Below, one piece after another: positions 36,772-48,300 of a DNA stretch of 64,000 bases. Source of the DNA: Candidatus Methanomicula labiotermitis (GTDB lineage Archaea > Thermoplasmatota > Thermoplasmata > Methanomassiliicoccales > Methanomethylophilaceae). Both the position numbers and the translations under genes were made by a program. How positions within the stretch are numbered: the stretch's first letter is position 1; each line of letters starts with the position of its first letter. Where the stretch lies: the NCBI GenBank assembly GCA_009780575.1, contig WQZU01000003.1:1940-65939 (forward strand), read 5' to 3'. The notes under the pieces are model-generated. The model saw only the letters and a list, made by a program, of their open reading frames with translations, was not told where the DNA came from and searched no databases.

Positions 36772-38348
36772 AAATGCTTGTTTCCGATCCTCTCTCGGAA
36801 GAGGGTCTGAAGATACTCACGGATTCCGGCATACCGGTCGATGTGAAGCCCGGACTGAATGAGGATGAACTGTGCGCCGTGATCGGAGAGTACGACGGCC
36901 TCATCATAAGGAGCGGAACCACGGTAACGAAGAAAGTGCTGGACGCGGGAAAGAAGTTAAAGGTGGTCGGGCGTGCCGGTGTAGGCGTTGACAATGTTGA
37001 CGTTCCGCATGCAACGGAGAAAGGTATACTCGTAATGAACACTCCGTCCGCCAATATAATATCGGCGGCGGAACACTCATTGGCGATGATAATGTCACTC
37101 GCCCGCATGATACCGTGGGCTCACGCTTCCGTACACAAAGGCGAATGGAAAAGAAGTAAGTTCACAGGCATCGAACTGTACGGAAAGACGCTGGGGATAA
37201 TAGGAGTCGGAAGGGTCGGAGGAGAGATAGCCAAGCGTGCAAAGTCGTTCAACATGGCGATGATAGGCTACGACCCGTATCTTCCGAAGGATGTTGCCGA
37301 CGATCTCGGTGTGAAGCTAACATCGCTTGAAGATGTTCTGATGAATTCCGATATAATGACGATACACACGCCGCTTCTGCCCGAGACGAAGAACATGATC
37401 TCGATGCCTCAGTTCAAGATGATGAGGAAGAATGCGCTGCTCGTCAATGTTGCGCGCGGAGGGATCGTCAACGAAGACGATCTTTACGAAGCCCTTAAAA
37501 ACAAGATAATAGCAGGTGCGGCGTTCGATGTGTTCATCAACGAACCGTTGAAGGAAGGATGCAAGCTCCTTGAATTGGACAATCTCGTGATGACGCCGCA
37601 CCTGGGCGCGAGCACAGTGGAAGCGCAGGAAAAGGTATCGGTGGATATTGCGGAGAATGTTATAGCGTATCTGCGCGACGGCGTGATATCGAATGCGGTC
37701 AATGCGCCCCGCGGTCAGCTTGATCCGACGATAGCACAGTATCTTCCTCTGGCGGAACGTTTGGGTATCTGTGTGCACCAGCTCAACGGAAGGATACCGG
37801 TCAACAATATAGAAGTGATATGCAGCGGTGAGATAGCGTCGAAGAACACAAAGATGATAACGCTGTCAGCGCTGATAGGCATTCTGAGGAACATCGTCGG
37901 CGACAGTGTGAATACGATCAATGCGGAATCAATAGCAAAAGGCAAGAACATAAAAGTGACGGAATCAAAGAATGAGGACTCGCCTGTTTATTCCAATACC
38001 GTTACGGTCAAAGTGACAACCGAAAAGGGAACGCGAACGGTCCACGGAACGGTGTTCGCGCAGACTCCCCGTTTGGTAGGAATAGACAACTACTGCTTCG
38101 AGATACCGATGGACACGGATCTGCTGTATGCAAGATACCGCGATAAACCGGGAGTCATCGGAAGCGTCGGGAAGATATTGGGGGAAAACAACATCAACAT
38201 AGGTCAGATGACCGTCGGCAGGGAAACGGCGAAAGGAATGGCCATGATGCTGATGGGCGTTGACCATGAGGTTCCGGCTGAGCTGATAAAGAAGATAAGT
38301 GACGCAACGGGATTCGATGAAACGAAATTCATCGATCTCGTTCAGTGA
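36762..38348 (+). CDS. serA: D-3-phosphoglycerate dehydrogenase with C-terminal ACT domain
   Basis: GIIGVGRVGGEIAKR NAD motif, 528 aa long form with ASB/ACT tail. Confidence 0.9.
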   Translation: MSMKMLVSDPLSEEGLKILTDSGIPVDVKPGLNEDELCAVIGEYDGLIIRSGTTVTKKVLDAGKKLKVVGRAGVGVDNVDVPHATEKGILVMNTPSANIISAAEHSLAMIMSLARMIPWAHASVHKGEWKRSKFTGIELYGKTLGIIGVGRVGGEIAKRAKSFNMAMIGYDPYLPKDVADDLGVKLTSLEDVLMNSDIMTIHTPLLPETKNMISMPQFKMMRKNALLVNVARGGIVNEDDLYEALKNKIIAGAAFDVFINEPLKEGCKLLELDNLVMTPHLGASTVEAQEKVSVDIAENVIAYLRDGVISNAVNAPRGQLDPTIAQYLPLAERLGICVHQLNGRIPVNNIEVICSGEIASKNTKMITLSALIGILRNIVGDSVNTINAESIAKGKNIKVTESKNEDSPVYSNTVTVKVTTEKGTRTVHGTVFAQTPRLVGIDNYCFEIPMDTDLLYARYRDKPGVIGSVGKILGENNINIGQMTVGRETAKGMAMMLMGVDHEVPAELIKKISDATGFDETKFIDLVQ

Positions 38349-38437
38349 ATCCTTTCATTCCGGAGACAGGCCGGCATCAATGTGTAAACATTATTAAATG
38401 CGGAGGCCATGCGGGTCTTAAGCAGGAATGTTCCCAA

Positions 38438-38827
38438 ATGCCAGAAGCGAAAGTTACACTTACCGTTGAAGATCTCACGCTTGCGATACAGAACAGCATT
38501 GAAGATGAGATGATGGAAGAGGACCACGCATACATACTGGCACAGCACATCCTCAACTTCTTTGGTTATTCGGACAGGATAATCGACAATATCCTGGAAC
38601 CCGAGGATCGTGATACTTTTTACATGCTTGAGGATACAGGCATACTGACAACGGAACGCGAGGAGACAACACTCTATGACGGAAGGGAATGGAGAATACA
38701 TTATTGGCTCTTCAAAAGGGAACGCATAATCGAACTGATGGAATCCGTCAAAACAAAAAAAGCGGCCGAGGTCGCCGACTCATTCTACGGAGAACTTCCG
38801 GACGACATATGGGTGCGCAACAAGTAA
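38438..38827 (+). CDS. Conserved hypothetical protein
   Basis: Acidic 129-aa ORF from ATG 38438. No family recognised. Confidence 0.4.
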   Translation: MPEAKVTLTVEDLTLAIQNSIEDEMMEEDHAYILAQHILNFFGYSDRIIDNILEPEDRDTFYMLEDTGILTTEREETTLYDGREWRIHYWLFKRERIIELMESVKTKKAAEVADSFYGELPDDIWVRNK

Positions 38828-38869
38828 TTTCGGCGAACCCTCAGCATTGTTATTATACTCCTACCGGCA

Positions 38870-40744
38870 GTGCTGGACGTGCAGTTCTTTCCGTACATTC
38901 CGAGAGGTTCGCAGAAGGAGTTCGTTGAATCCGTTGAAAAATGTGTTAAAGGCGGAGAAACAATAATAATCGAATCCGGAACGGGAACGGGGAAGACAGT
39001 CTGTGCGCTTGCGGGTTCGTTGCCGTATGCGCTCGAGAGCAGAAAAAAAATAGTTTATCTCACGAGAACCGGATCTCAGCAAAAACAGGCGATGCTCGAA
39101 CTCAGGAAGATCTCCGGCATCAGGAAGATCTTTGCGATCGGGATCCAGGGAAGAGGAGTATCGACATGCCCTAAGATCTCACACGATCCGGAACTCATGG
39201 ACGGTTCTCCCGAGGAGCTTTCAAGATTCTGTTCGGAATTCAAAAAACATACGGGAACGGAAAAAGGATGCACGTTCTTCGACAGGATCCTTGAAACGGA
39301 CATGAAGGCGCACGCTGAACGCTGTGCATCCGATCTGCCGACGTCGGATGAATTCTCCGCATATGCGCTGGAAAGAGGGCTTTGCCCTTACGAGATGATG
39401 AAACGTCTGATACAGTACGCCGATGTTGTCATAGCGCCGTATCATTTCATCTTCGTTCCGGGAACGAAAGAACGGTTTCTGAAATGGATGAATGTCGCGA
39501 TCAAAGATACGATAATAATAGTGGATGAGGCGCACAACCTCCCGGATCATTTGAGAGAGGTCATGACGTCAAGATACGGCGCGCACGCGCTCGACCGCGC
39601 GGAAAGCGAGGCGAATGAATGGAACGATCCGGAGATCGCAGACGGGACATCTGCGACCGATATGATAAATGCGCTCAGAAGACTGATGTACGCGGCCAAA
39701 GAAGAACTTGTGAAAGAAGATGACGGTCTAATCCCTCCGTACTTCATCGAGGACGGGCTGATGGAAGATCTTCGCGTGACGTCCGTAAAGATAAGGAACA
39801 TGTGCAGATCGCTTATTGAACACGGAACCAGAGTGGCGGAAACAAAGAAGATGAACGGAAAGTTGCCTCGTTCCTACATACGGTCGCTCGGCGCTTTCAT
39901 CCGGTTATGGATGGATTCCGAGGACGAGACGTACGTGAAACTGATAACCGGGGACGATGCGTTCGAAGTGTTCTGCATGGACCCGTACGAGGCGGCCGAA
40001 CCGCTGCGTTCATGCCATTCATCGATACACATGTCCGGTACGCTGGAGCCCCTCGCAGAATATCAAAATGTTTTGGGACTGGATGCGAAACTGATGCGCT
40101 TCGACCCACCCTTCAACAAAGGAAATCTGATGGTCATACATGCCGAGGACGTGACCACAAGGTATGAGGACACGAAAAGAGATGAAACAATCATACCGCT
40201 GATGGAGAACCACATAATAAGCATTATAAATTCAGTCAGAAAGAACACGGCCGTATTCTTTCCTTCGTATTCGCTTATGGATACTATGATCGGAAGCGGC
40301 ATACTCTCAAAGACGGAACGCAAGGTGTTCATAGAAAGAAAAGGGATGGCGGGCGCGGAACACCAGAGGATGCTGGATCGTTTCAGAGGATCCGGAGGCG
40401 TATTGTTCGCGGTCTCCGGAGGAAGGATAAGCGAAGGCATAGACTTTCCCGGAAAAGATATGGAATTGGCGATACTTGCGGGAATGCCGTTCTCCAGGCC
40501 GGGTGCGAAGCAAAGCGCATTGATACGTTATTACGATATGCGCTCAGGCAACGGATGGGAACACGCGGTCATATCACCGGCAACAAGAAAGATGAGGCAG
40601 GCGATAGGAAGACTGATACGTTCCGAGGACGATCGGGGCGCAGCCGTGATACTTGACAAACGGGCGGGAGCGTATCCGATACTCAATTCAGAGCCGTCAT
40701 CAGATGTTACCGCGGATGTCGCAGAGTTTTTCAATGCAGCCTGA
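38870..40744 (+). CDS. xpd: XPD/Rad3-family SF2 DNA helicase (FeS domain)
   Basis: Walker A ESGTGTGKT, four Cys of the FeS domain (..TCPK..RFCS..GCTFF..LCPYE), DEAH box IIVDEAHN. Confidence 0.85.
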   Translation: MLDVQFFPYIPRGSQKEFVESVEKCVKGGETIIIESGTGTGKTVCALAGSLPYALESRKKIVYLTRTGSQQKQAMLELRKISGIRKIFAIGIQGRGVSTCPKISHDPELMDGSPEELSRFCSEFKKHTGTEKGCTFFDRILETDMKAHAERCASDLPTSDEFSAYALERGLCPYEMMKRLIQYADVVIAPYHFIFVPGTKERFLKWMNVAIKDTIIIVDEAHNLPDHLREVMTSRYGAHALDRAESEANEWNDPEIADGTSATDMINALRRLMYAAKEELVKEDDGLIPPYFIEDGLMEDLRVTSVKIRNMCRSLIEHGTRVAETKKMNGKLPRSYIRSLGAFIRLWMDSEDETYVKLITGDDAFEVFCMDPYEAAEPLRSCHSSIHMSGTLEPLAEYQNVLGLDAKLMRFDPPFNKGNLMVIHAEDVTTRYEDTKRDETIIPLMENHIISIINSVRKNTAVFFPSYSLMDTMIGSGILSKTERKVFIERKGMAGAEHQRMLDRFRGSGGVLFAVSGGRISEGIDFPGKDMELAILAGMPFSRPGAKQSALIRYYDMRSGNGWEHAVISPATRKMRQAIGRLIRSEDDRGAAVILDKRAGAYPILNSEPSSDVTADVAEFFNAA

Positions 40745-40793
40745 TACGCGTATTAACATTTATAGGTCTATTTGATGTTGTCTCCTCGAGAGT

Positions 40794-41372
40794 TTGACAA
40801 TGGATGCGTTGGACGTACTGGCGATAATGTTGGTCGGGCTGTGGGTATTTCTGCCTGCAATGCTTCCGAATTCAGCCGCCGTCATATTCGGCGGAGGAAC
40901 GCCGGTGGACTTCGGGAAAAGCTGGAAAGGAAAGAGAATACTCGGCGACGGAAAGACGTGGAGAGGATTCATAGGAGGAGGTCTTTCCGGTGTTGCGCTC
41001 GGGTTGCTGCTGATAGGGATATCATTCATATTCGACAGAAACTGGCTATGGGGATACATGGATCTGTGGACCGGCATCGGAGTAATATTCTGCCTGTCGT
41101 TCGGTTCTCTTATCGGAGATATGATTGGATCGTTCATCAAACGGCGTCTGAACATAGAGAGAGGAAAGAAAGCGCCAATTCTTGACCAATATGATTTCCT
41201 GATAGGAGCGTTCCTTCTCACGGCGCTGTTCTATCCGCACTGGATATACGGAACGTACATGGAAGGATGGCACCTGATGGCATTGATATTCCTTTTGATA
41301 ATGACGCTGCTGCTGCATCGTATAATGAACATAATAGGATACAAGACGGGATTGAAGGACGTACCGTGGTGA
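40794..41372 (+). CDS. carS: CDP-archaeol synthase
   Basis: PAMLPNSAAVIFGGGTPVDFGKSWKGKRILGDGKTWRGFIGG matches the CarS (DUF46) signature. Confidence 0.8.
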   Translation: MTMDALDVLAIMLVGLWVFLPAMLPNSAAVIFGGGTPVDFGKSWKGKRILGDGKTWRGFIGGGLSGVALGLLLIGISFIFDRNWLWGYMDLWTGIGVIFCLSFGSLIGDMIGSFIKRRLNIERGKKAPILDQYDFLIGAFLLTALFYPHWIYGTYMEGWHLMALIFLLIMTLLLHRIMNIIGYKTGLKDVPW

Positions 41373-41375
41373 CAT

Positions 41376-41909
41376 ATGAACGAAATGAGAAAAGCATTGG
41401 AAAACTGCGGAGCCCTGCAGTTCGGGGATTTCACGCTGGCATCGGGAGCCAAAAGCAATTATTATATTGACATAAAGAAAGCGAGCACAGACCCTAAGGT
41501 CCTGTATCTGATGTCGCAGCTTATGGCAGAGAGGATACAATCATCGGGAAAGAGATACGACCGCATCGCCGGCGTTGTACTGGGATCGGTCCCTCTGGCG
41601 GCCGCATTGTCGCTCGCAACAGGTATACCGTACGTCATGGTGCGCAAGGAAAAGAAGGATCACGGCACGTCCAAAATGATCGAAGGCGACATGAACGAAG
41701 GAGACAGGGTGATCGTGGTAGAGGACGTGGTAACTTCCGCAGGATCAAGCATTTCCGCAATAGAGACGCTGAGAAACGCGGGAGCGTCAGTCGATGAGGT
41801 CATTTCAGTAATAGACAGGGAGGCAGGAGGAAAAGAGGCGCTGAATAAGATGAACGTCGTATTGACATCATTGGTAAAAGCGTCGGACATCCTGAAAACG
41901 TTACCATGA
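41376..41909 (+). CDS. pyrE: Orotate phosphoribosyltransferase
   Basis: GALQFGDFTLASGAKSNYYID and VIVVEDVVTSAGS. Confidence 0.85.
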   Translation: MNEMRKALENCGALQFGDFTLASGAKSNYYIDIKKASTDPKVLYLMSQLMAERIQSSGKRYDRIAGVVLGSVPLAAALSLATGIPYVMVRKEKKDHGTSKMIEGDMNEGDRVIVVEDVVTSAGSSISAIETLRNAGASVDEVISVIDREAGGKEALNKMNVVLTSLVKASDILKTLP

Positions 41910-42436
41910 TGCCGGAAAAGAACTGTTCAAGATGTAAGCTTTCAGAATTCAGGACGAAGATAGTGATGCCCGACGGCAACCCGGATTCCGATGTGGTGTT
42001 CGTAGGCGAGGCACCGGGTGAGAACGAAGACCTCACGGGAAGGCCGTTCGTCGGGAAGTCCGGAAAGCTTCTGGAGAGATTCATGGAAGAAGAAGGATTG
42101 AAAAGAGCGGAATTACTGATAACGAACACGGTGAAATGCAGACCTCCCGGCAATCGGGATCCGACGAAAGAGGAGATGGACGCGTGCAGACCGTTCCTTG
42201 AGCACGAACTGTCAGGACGGAAAGTGATCGTCGGCCTCGGGAAATCAGCCTGCCGCAGCCTCATAGGATATGAAGGCAAAATGTCCGAGATCGTGAATAA
42301 GGAGATGACAATAAACATAAACGGAAAGGATTCGATATTCATTCCGACGTATCATCCTGCGGCGTGCATATACAATAATAATTCAAAATCAGAACTGAAA
42401 AGGACGATGCGCATAATCAAGGAAAGGTACATGTGA
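41906..42436 (+). CDS. udg: Uracil-DNA glycosylase, family 4
   Basis: VFVGEAPGENEDLTGRPFVGKSGKLL and the HPA motif near the C-terminus. Confidence 0.85.
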   Translation: MMPEKNCSRCKLSEFRTKIVMPDGNPDSDVVFVGEAPGENEDLTGRPFVGKSGKLLERFMEEEGLKRAELLITNTVKCRPPGNRDPTKEEMDACRPFLEHELSGRKVIVGLGKSACRSLIGYEGKMSEIVNKEMTININGKDSIFIPTYHPAACIYNNNSKSELKRTMRIIKERYM

Positions 42437-42440
42437 TCAC

Positions 42441-43217
42441 ATGGATTACGAAATGAAAGACGTAACAGGATTCATGATAGACATGGATGGTACGGTGTGC
42501 AAAGGCAACGATGTTATAAAAGGAGCACCGGAATTCATCGGGAGGCTGAAGAGAAACAACATACCGTTCACGTTCCTGACGAACAATTCCTCATCGGACC
42601 GGGAACATTATCTGAACAAACTTTTGAGAATGGGATTCGATGTGACCATTGACAACATTCTGACGTCGACCACGGCAACGATAGAATTCATCATGAAATA
42701 TCACGCGGGAAAGACCGTCTATCCGATGGGAACGCCGAAGTTCGTCCAAGAGATAAAGAATGCGGGGATACGTACGGTTGATTCCGATCCGGACATAGTT
42801 CTGCTGGCGTTCGACACAACGATAACATACGAGAAGATCAACAACGCGTACCGATCCATAAGGAAAGGCGCAGCGTTCATCGTGACGCATCCGGATGATC
42901 TCTGCCCTACGGAAGACTGTTACGATCTGGACGCGGGACCGTTCATGAGACTTCTTGAATCAATGACGGATACGAAGGCAACCGTCATCGGGAAACCGAA
43001 CCCGCTGATGGCCGAGATGGCCGCAGAAAAGATGAATGTTCCGCTTGAAGGAACGGTAATGGTCGGCGACCGCATCTACACGGACATGAAGATGGCCTCG
43101 GACAGCGGAATAAGATCGATACTCGTGCTCTCCGGCGAAGCAAAAGCGGATGATATCCGGAATACAAGCATACGGCCGACGATGATCGTCGGTTCCGTTG
43201 ACGAGATATTAAGATAA
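42441..43217 (+). CDS. HAD-IIA family hydrolase (NagD-like sugar phosphatase)
   Basis: FMIDMDGTV, TNNSS and MVGDRIYTDM motifs. Confidence 0.8.
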   Translation: MDYEMKDVTGFMIDMDGTVCKGNDVIKGAPEFIGRLKRNNIPFTFLTNNSSSDREHYLNKLLRMGFDVTIDNILTSTTATIEFIMKYHAGKTVYPMGTPKFVQEIKNAGIRTVDSDPDIVLLAFDTTITYEKINNAYRSIRKGAAFIVTHPDDLCPTEDCYDLDAGPFMRLLESMTDTKATVIGKPNPLMAEMAAEKMNVPLEGTVMVGDRIYTDMKMASDSGIRSILVLSGEAKADDIRNTSIRPTMIVGSVDEILR

Positions 43218-43444
43218 ACGCCGTAAAGAACTTCGGGACAATTTCGGATATGTTTTTATATCCGTCAAATATTGGACGGTATCGCAACAATTAGGAGGAT
43301 AAGATAAGAATGTTGTCCGTTCCCTGTCCGCCCTGTTCAAAGGGATCACTCTTATGCAGCAGTGCGGTCTCGGCCCGTGTTGCGTTCTTTTTTTGAATGT
43401 GCGTCTGCGCACACCCCATGTTGAGGTCGGCAGGAGTTTATGAT

Positions 43445-43555
43445 ATGTTGTTCGGTATGGATCCTTGGATATTGTTCGGATACATCTCAGCGGTCGCTCT
43501 GGTGATATCATGCGTGATATACGGATGGCTCAAACGCAATGAGGGTGGCGAGTGA
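43445..43555 (+). CDS. Symporter small accessory protein (36 aa, single TM)
   Basis: Not in the ORF track (under 60 aa). ATG 43445 encodes MLFGMDPWILFGYISAVALVISCVIYGWLKRNEGGE. Its TGA overlaps the symporter start (GTGATGG). Confidence 0.6.
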   Translation: MLFGMDPWILFGYISAVALVISCVIYGWLKRNEGGE

Positions 43556-45165
43556 TGGAGAATATTCTGCCGTTCATCATAATGACCGTCATTTTCACGG
43601 CAGCCACGGTATACCTCGGATGGCGCGGATATAAAAGCACAAAGAACAACGACGAGTTCCTGGTCGGCCGCAGGAGGATGAGTCCGCTCATCATCGCGCT
43701 GTCATACGGAGCAACGTTCCTGAGCACATCGGCAATAGTGGGATTCGGAGGAATGTCCGCGAAGTACGGACTGGTGATGATATGGCTGATGGTTCTCTGC
43801 ATACTCGTCGGAACGATAATCGCGTTCGCCGTCTTCGGAAAACGGACGCGAAGGATCGGTCGGGAACTGGGCGCGTTCTCGTTCCCGGACATGATGGGCA
43901 AGATCTTCCGGTCCAAATCGATCAGAACGTTCAATGCGGCCCTAATTCTGGTTGGAATGCCGATCTACTGCGCAGCGGTACTGGTGGGCGGCGTGAATTT
44001 CATATCGGTCACGATAGGAGTGAACAGGGACATCGCTCTCATAGGACTGTCGCTGATCGTGGCGCTGTACGTCACGTACGGCGGTATCATTGCGGTGATG
44101 TACAACGATGCCTTGCAGGCCGCGATAATGTTCATCGGGATGCTCGTGATACTGGTGTTCACGTTCTGGAAACTGGGAGGCGTTGGTGAAGCATTCGGTT
44201 CACTCAGCGCCCTGTGGGATACAAGGATGTCCGATGCAACATTCGCGGGCATGGTGGACGACGGGTTCAGAGGATGGTCCTCAATGCCCGAATTCGGGTC
44301 CAATATATGGCTGATGGTAGTGACAACGCTGCTGATGGGCGTCGGCATAGGAGCGCTGGCGCAGCCTCAGCTGGCGGTGAAGTTCATGACCGCCAAGGAT
44401 GACAAGACGCTGAACAAATCGATGTGGATAGGCGCAGTGTTCATATTGGTCATACTGGGAGTTACATTCACCGTCGGACCGCTGAGCAATGTGTTCTTCG
44501 CACAGATGAACAACGGACTGACGGCCATTGAGCTATATGCGAACACGGACATGATAATCCCGGAGTTTGTGAACGCACTCTTCGCCGGCGTGACGTTCGG
44601 AGACCTGTTCGTATCGCTGTTCGTATTGGCACTGGTATGTGCGGCCGTCTCAACTATGGGTGCCTTGTTCCACACGATGGGGTCGGCCGCAGGATACGAC
44701 ATATGGTCGCAGATCAAGGACCGCCGCGAGAAGATATCGTCAAAGAAGATGGCAGAGTCACTCAAGGCAAGCAGAGTGGGAACATCGATAATGGTCGTCA
44801 TCGTGGTGATCGTGGCGTACATGATGCCCGATAACATCATAGCAAGAGCGACCGTGATATTCATGGGCCTCACGGCAGCCTCGATACTCCCGTCGTTCGC
44901 GTACGGACTGTTCTCAAAGGATCCGGAGGCGAATGTTGCGAAGATAAGCATAGCCGTCGGCTCAACATCATGGGCGATATGGGCGTTCTTCGTGAACATA
45001 GGGATAGCTGGAATGCTCGGTATGCCCATGCTGATCGAAGGATCGTGGATGAACTACGTGGATCCGCTTGTCATAGGACTACCGCTGTCCTGTGCAGCGC
45101 TGATCATAGCGCGTTTCATCTCCATGCGGAAAAAGGGTACCGCAAACGCAGAACAAACTCCTTAA
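43555..45165 (+). CDS. Sodium:solute symporter (SSS) family transporter
   Basis: About 13 TM helices, SSS-like N-terminus (EFLVGRRRMSPLIIALSYGATFLS). GTG 43552 is an alternative start. Confidence 0.8.
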   Translation: MENILPFIIMTVIFTAATVYLGWRGYKSTKNNDEFLVGRRRMSPLIIALSYGATFLSTSAIVGFGGMSAKYGLVMIWLMVLCILVGTIIAFAVFGKRTRRIGRELGAFSFPDMMGKIFRSKSIRTFNAALILVGMPIYCAAVLVGGVNFISVTIGVNRDIALIGLSLIVALYVTYGGIIAVMYNDALQAAIMFIGMLVILVFTFWKLGGVGEAFGSLSALWDTRMSDATFAGMVDDGFRGWSSMPEFGSNIWLMVVTTLLMGVGIGALAQPQLAVKFMTAKDDKTLNKSMWIGAVFILVILGVTFTVGPLSNVFFAQMNNGLTAIELYANTDMIIPEFVNALFAGVTFGDLFVSLFVLALVCAAVSTMGALFHTMGSAAGYDIWSQIKDRREKISSKKMAESLKASRVGTSIMVVIVVIVAYMMPDNIIARATVIFMGLTAASILPSFAYGLFSKDPEANVAKISIAVGSTSWAIWAFFVNIGIAGMLGMPMLIEGSWMNYVDPLVIGLPLSCAALIIARFISMRKKGTANAEQTP

Positions 45166-45251
45166 AATCGCCGCGGTCGTTCCGTCATGAACGATGAAAT
45201 GTCTCAATGACACGTTTTCAGAAAAATCGCAAAATGCGCGGAAACGGACGG

Positions 45252-45270
45252 AAAACGATCTTCGTTTTTT
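45252..45270 (+). terminator. Hairpin plus T-run downstream of the symporter
   Basis: aaaacga-tct-tcgtttt followed by tt. Confidence 0.35.
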
Positions 45271-45397
45271 GATCGACATTATTATTTTCCGCTGGCCGTT
45301 GCCGAGTAACATATATATATGCTGAGCGGGATTGTATATTAATCTATAAAAAGGCAGGGATGCATCGGAATCGATAACATTCGATCTGTGGGAAGGG

Positions 45398-48300
45398 GTG
45401 GATTTGTATCTAAAACAGGTAGAGCTAGAGAATTTCAAGTCGTTCGGCGGGAAACTTACAATACCGCTGATGGAAGGATATCTTGCGGTGACCGGTCCGA
45501 ACGGTTCAGGGAAATCGAACATATCCGATGCAATATTGTTTGTACTCGGTCCTAAGAGTTCCAAAGCGATGCGCGCAGGCAAACTGACGGATCTGATATT
45601 CGACGGCGGTAAGACGAAAGATAAAGCAGATTTTACAAAAGTGTCGCTGGTTTTTGACAACAAGGACCGCATGATACCGTGGGATGAAGACACCGTCAAA
45701 TTAACAAGACTGGTAAGATTGTCTCAGGACAGCGAGAATTACAGTTCGTATTTTTACGTGAACGACGGAAAATCATCGATGACGGAGTTTGACAATCTTC
45801 TCTCAAGAGCAAGGATCAGTGCGGACGGTTACAATCTGGTGCAGCAGGGAGATGTCACAAGAATAGTCTCGATGGGCAATCTCGAGCGCAGGAGGATATT
45901 GGACAGCATATCCGGGATAACATCATTCGATGCAGACCTGGACAATGCGGGTAAAGAGAAGGCCGAGACGGAGTCGAACATTGAGAGGATACAGATAATA
46001 ATAAAAGAGCTGGACACTCAGCTGGAACAGCTTGAGAAGGACATGGTTGAAGCAAGGAAGTACCTTGAGGCGCAGCTGAAACTCGATGAGGCCAAAGCTC
46101 AGATGGTACACCGCCAGCTGGAGAATGCGATATCGGAGACGGACGGCATACGCGAGGAGATGCTGAGGTCGCAGAATGATATAGAGGCTCTGAGGCAAAG
46201 GAAGCAGAAGCTCATAGATAAGGTGGAAGAACTTTCCGCTGCGCTGAGCAGCAAGGATAAGGAGATCGAAGACAAATGCGGCCCGGAATACAAAGAGATA
46301 AAGAATAAGATCGAAGCGACAAAGATAGAGAAGGCGAAAGCGGACAACCGTATTGAAATGTCTCTGGAGAGCATCGGAGAGCAGAACGAGAACATAGACG
46401 CGAACAAAGAGTTACTGACCGAGACGGAAAAAGAACTGCAGGTATGCACATCCCTGATCATGGACGCTCAGAAGAACATATCCGCAAAGAAGAGCGCCTT
46501 GGATGCTGCGAACAAGGTCCTTGACGATTTAAAGAAGAACATAAGCAGCAGAGGCGGCGAGATAAACGTGCTTCAGGAGAAGCTGCAGGATATCGAACTG
46601 GACATCGACGCAAAAGGAGATGAACAGCAGCAGAGTGAAGCGAAGTCGGCAAAGGCGGAAGCGATGGCGGAAGCGGCAGTTGTCAACGTGGCGTCACTGG
46701 AAGATCAGCTGCAGCAGGCGGACTTCGAGATAAAGGATGCGGAATGGAATCTCCGCGAATTCAAAGAGAAGAACGGCGCCGTCGACATGCAGGAGTTCAC
46801 GGCAAAGATAATGACTGCCAGAAAGAAAGAATCGGAACTTGAGAAACAGGAGGCCGAGCTCAATGCGGCGATACTGAGGCTTTCTTCCGAATACGAGTCA
46901 CTGAAAGCGGAAAAGAGAGTTACCGAAAGAACAATGCAGAGTGACGGCGTCTCGGCGATACTTGAGCTTAGGGACAAAGGAACAATGAGAGGCGTACACG
47001 GAACGGTCATGGAACTGGCAACCGTTGAAAAGGATTACGAGACAGCACTTTCCGTTGCGTCGGGAGGGAAGATGCAGGCGGTCATCGTGGACGATGATCA
47101 GGTGGCCGCGGATGCGATATCATACCTCAAGAAACAAAAACTCGGCCGTGTGACGTTCCTTCCGCTGAACCAGATGCGCGAAGGAAAACCGCGTGCGAAG
47201 GCCATAATGATAGAGAAAGACGTGATCGGTTACGCAATAGATCTGATAAAATTCGATGAGAGATACCGCGCCGCATTCTGGTACGTTCTCGGAGACACAA
47301 TGATAGTGGACACGCTTGATGAAGCAAGGCGCCTGATGGGCGGTGTCCGGCTGGTGACGAAGGCGGGAGAGCTTCTGGATCCGTCCGGTGCAATGGTGGG
47401 AGGTTCGCTGAATCCAAACGCGGTATTCAAATTCGGCCCCGCTTCGGAGTCAAAGATGGATTCCGTCGGTACGGAGCTCAGAGCGGCAACAACGTCTCTG
47501 GATTCGCTGAAACAAGCACTGAGGGACGTAAGGGCAGAAATAAGATCATACGATGACGAGATGCGCAATGTATCCACACAATCCGCCGACATTCAGGGAA
47601 AGATCGGAAGATACGAGGCGCAGCTGGCCGTGCTTCGTGAGAACAGGCAGAAAGCAAGCGACAGCCTGAACGCGGAAAAGGAAAGACTCGCAGAAGCTCA
47701 GAAGGACCTCAGTTCGGCATCGGACGAACTGAACAAGGTGATCGAACAGTTATCGTCACTAAGAACGCAAAGGTCCGAGATGAGAGACAGGATGATACAG
47801 ATCGCTCCCGCGGATCTTCAGGAAAGCATACAGACAACACAGGACAACGTTTTCAATACACAGACGGAAGTGAACGACCTGTCCGCAGAACTCGCCGCCC
47901 TCGAAGCTGAGAAAAACAGTATAGAGAACGCGAAGAAGACGATCCTCAAAGAGATAAAGGCGTCCGAGGAGAAGATCGCGTTAAAAATGTCAGAGAAATC
48001 TGCGGCGGAAGAGATGATAGAACGTTTCAACATAGACCTCGAAGGACTGAAGAGGATCGAGGCGGACTTCGAAAGCAAGATAACGGACCTCAGGGACGCC
48101 AGGGACAAAGTACTTCAGGACAAGACCTCAACGGAATCGGAAAGAGATAACACATCCGAGAAGATATCAACAAAATCGGGCATAGCCGCAGGCCTTGAGG
48201 CAAAGATCCAGATAAGCGAAGAGACCGTGAAACAGTTAAGGGAAGAGGTAGCGCTCATAACGGTTGAGGTCCAATTCCCTATACCCTCCGAAGAGGAACT

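Noticed and set aside
43218-43444. 227-nt structured-looking leader upstream of the symporter, considered as a possible riboswitch (for example TPP)
   Set aside because: There is no CUGAGA/ACCUGA thi-box or other riboswitch core that I can recognise. It contains a T7 run and small hairpins consistent with termination of the upstream HAD gene, plus the mini-ORF promoter.
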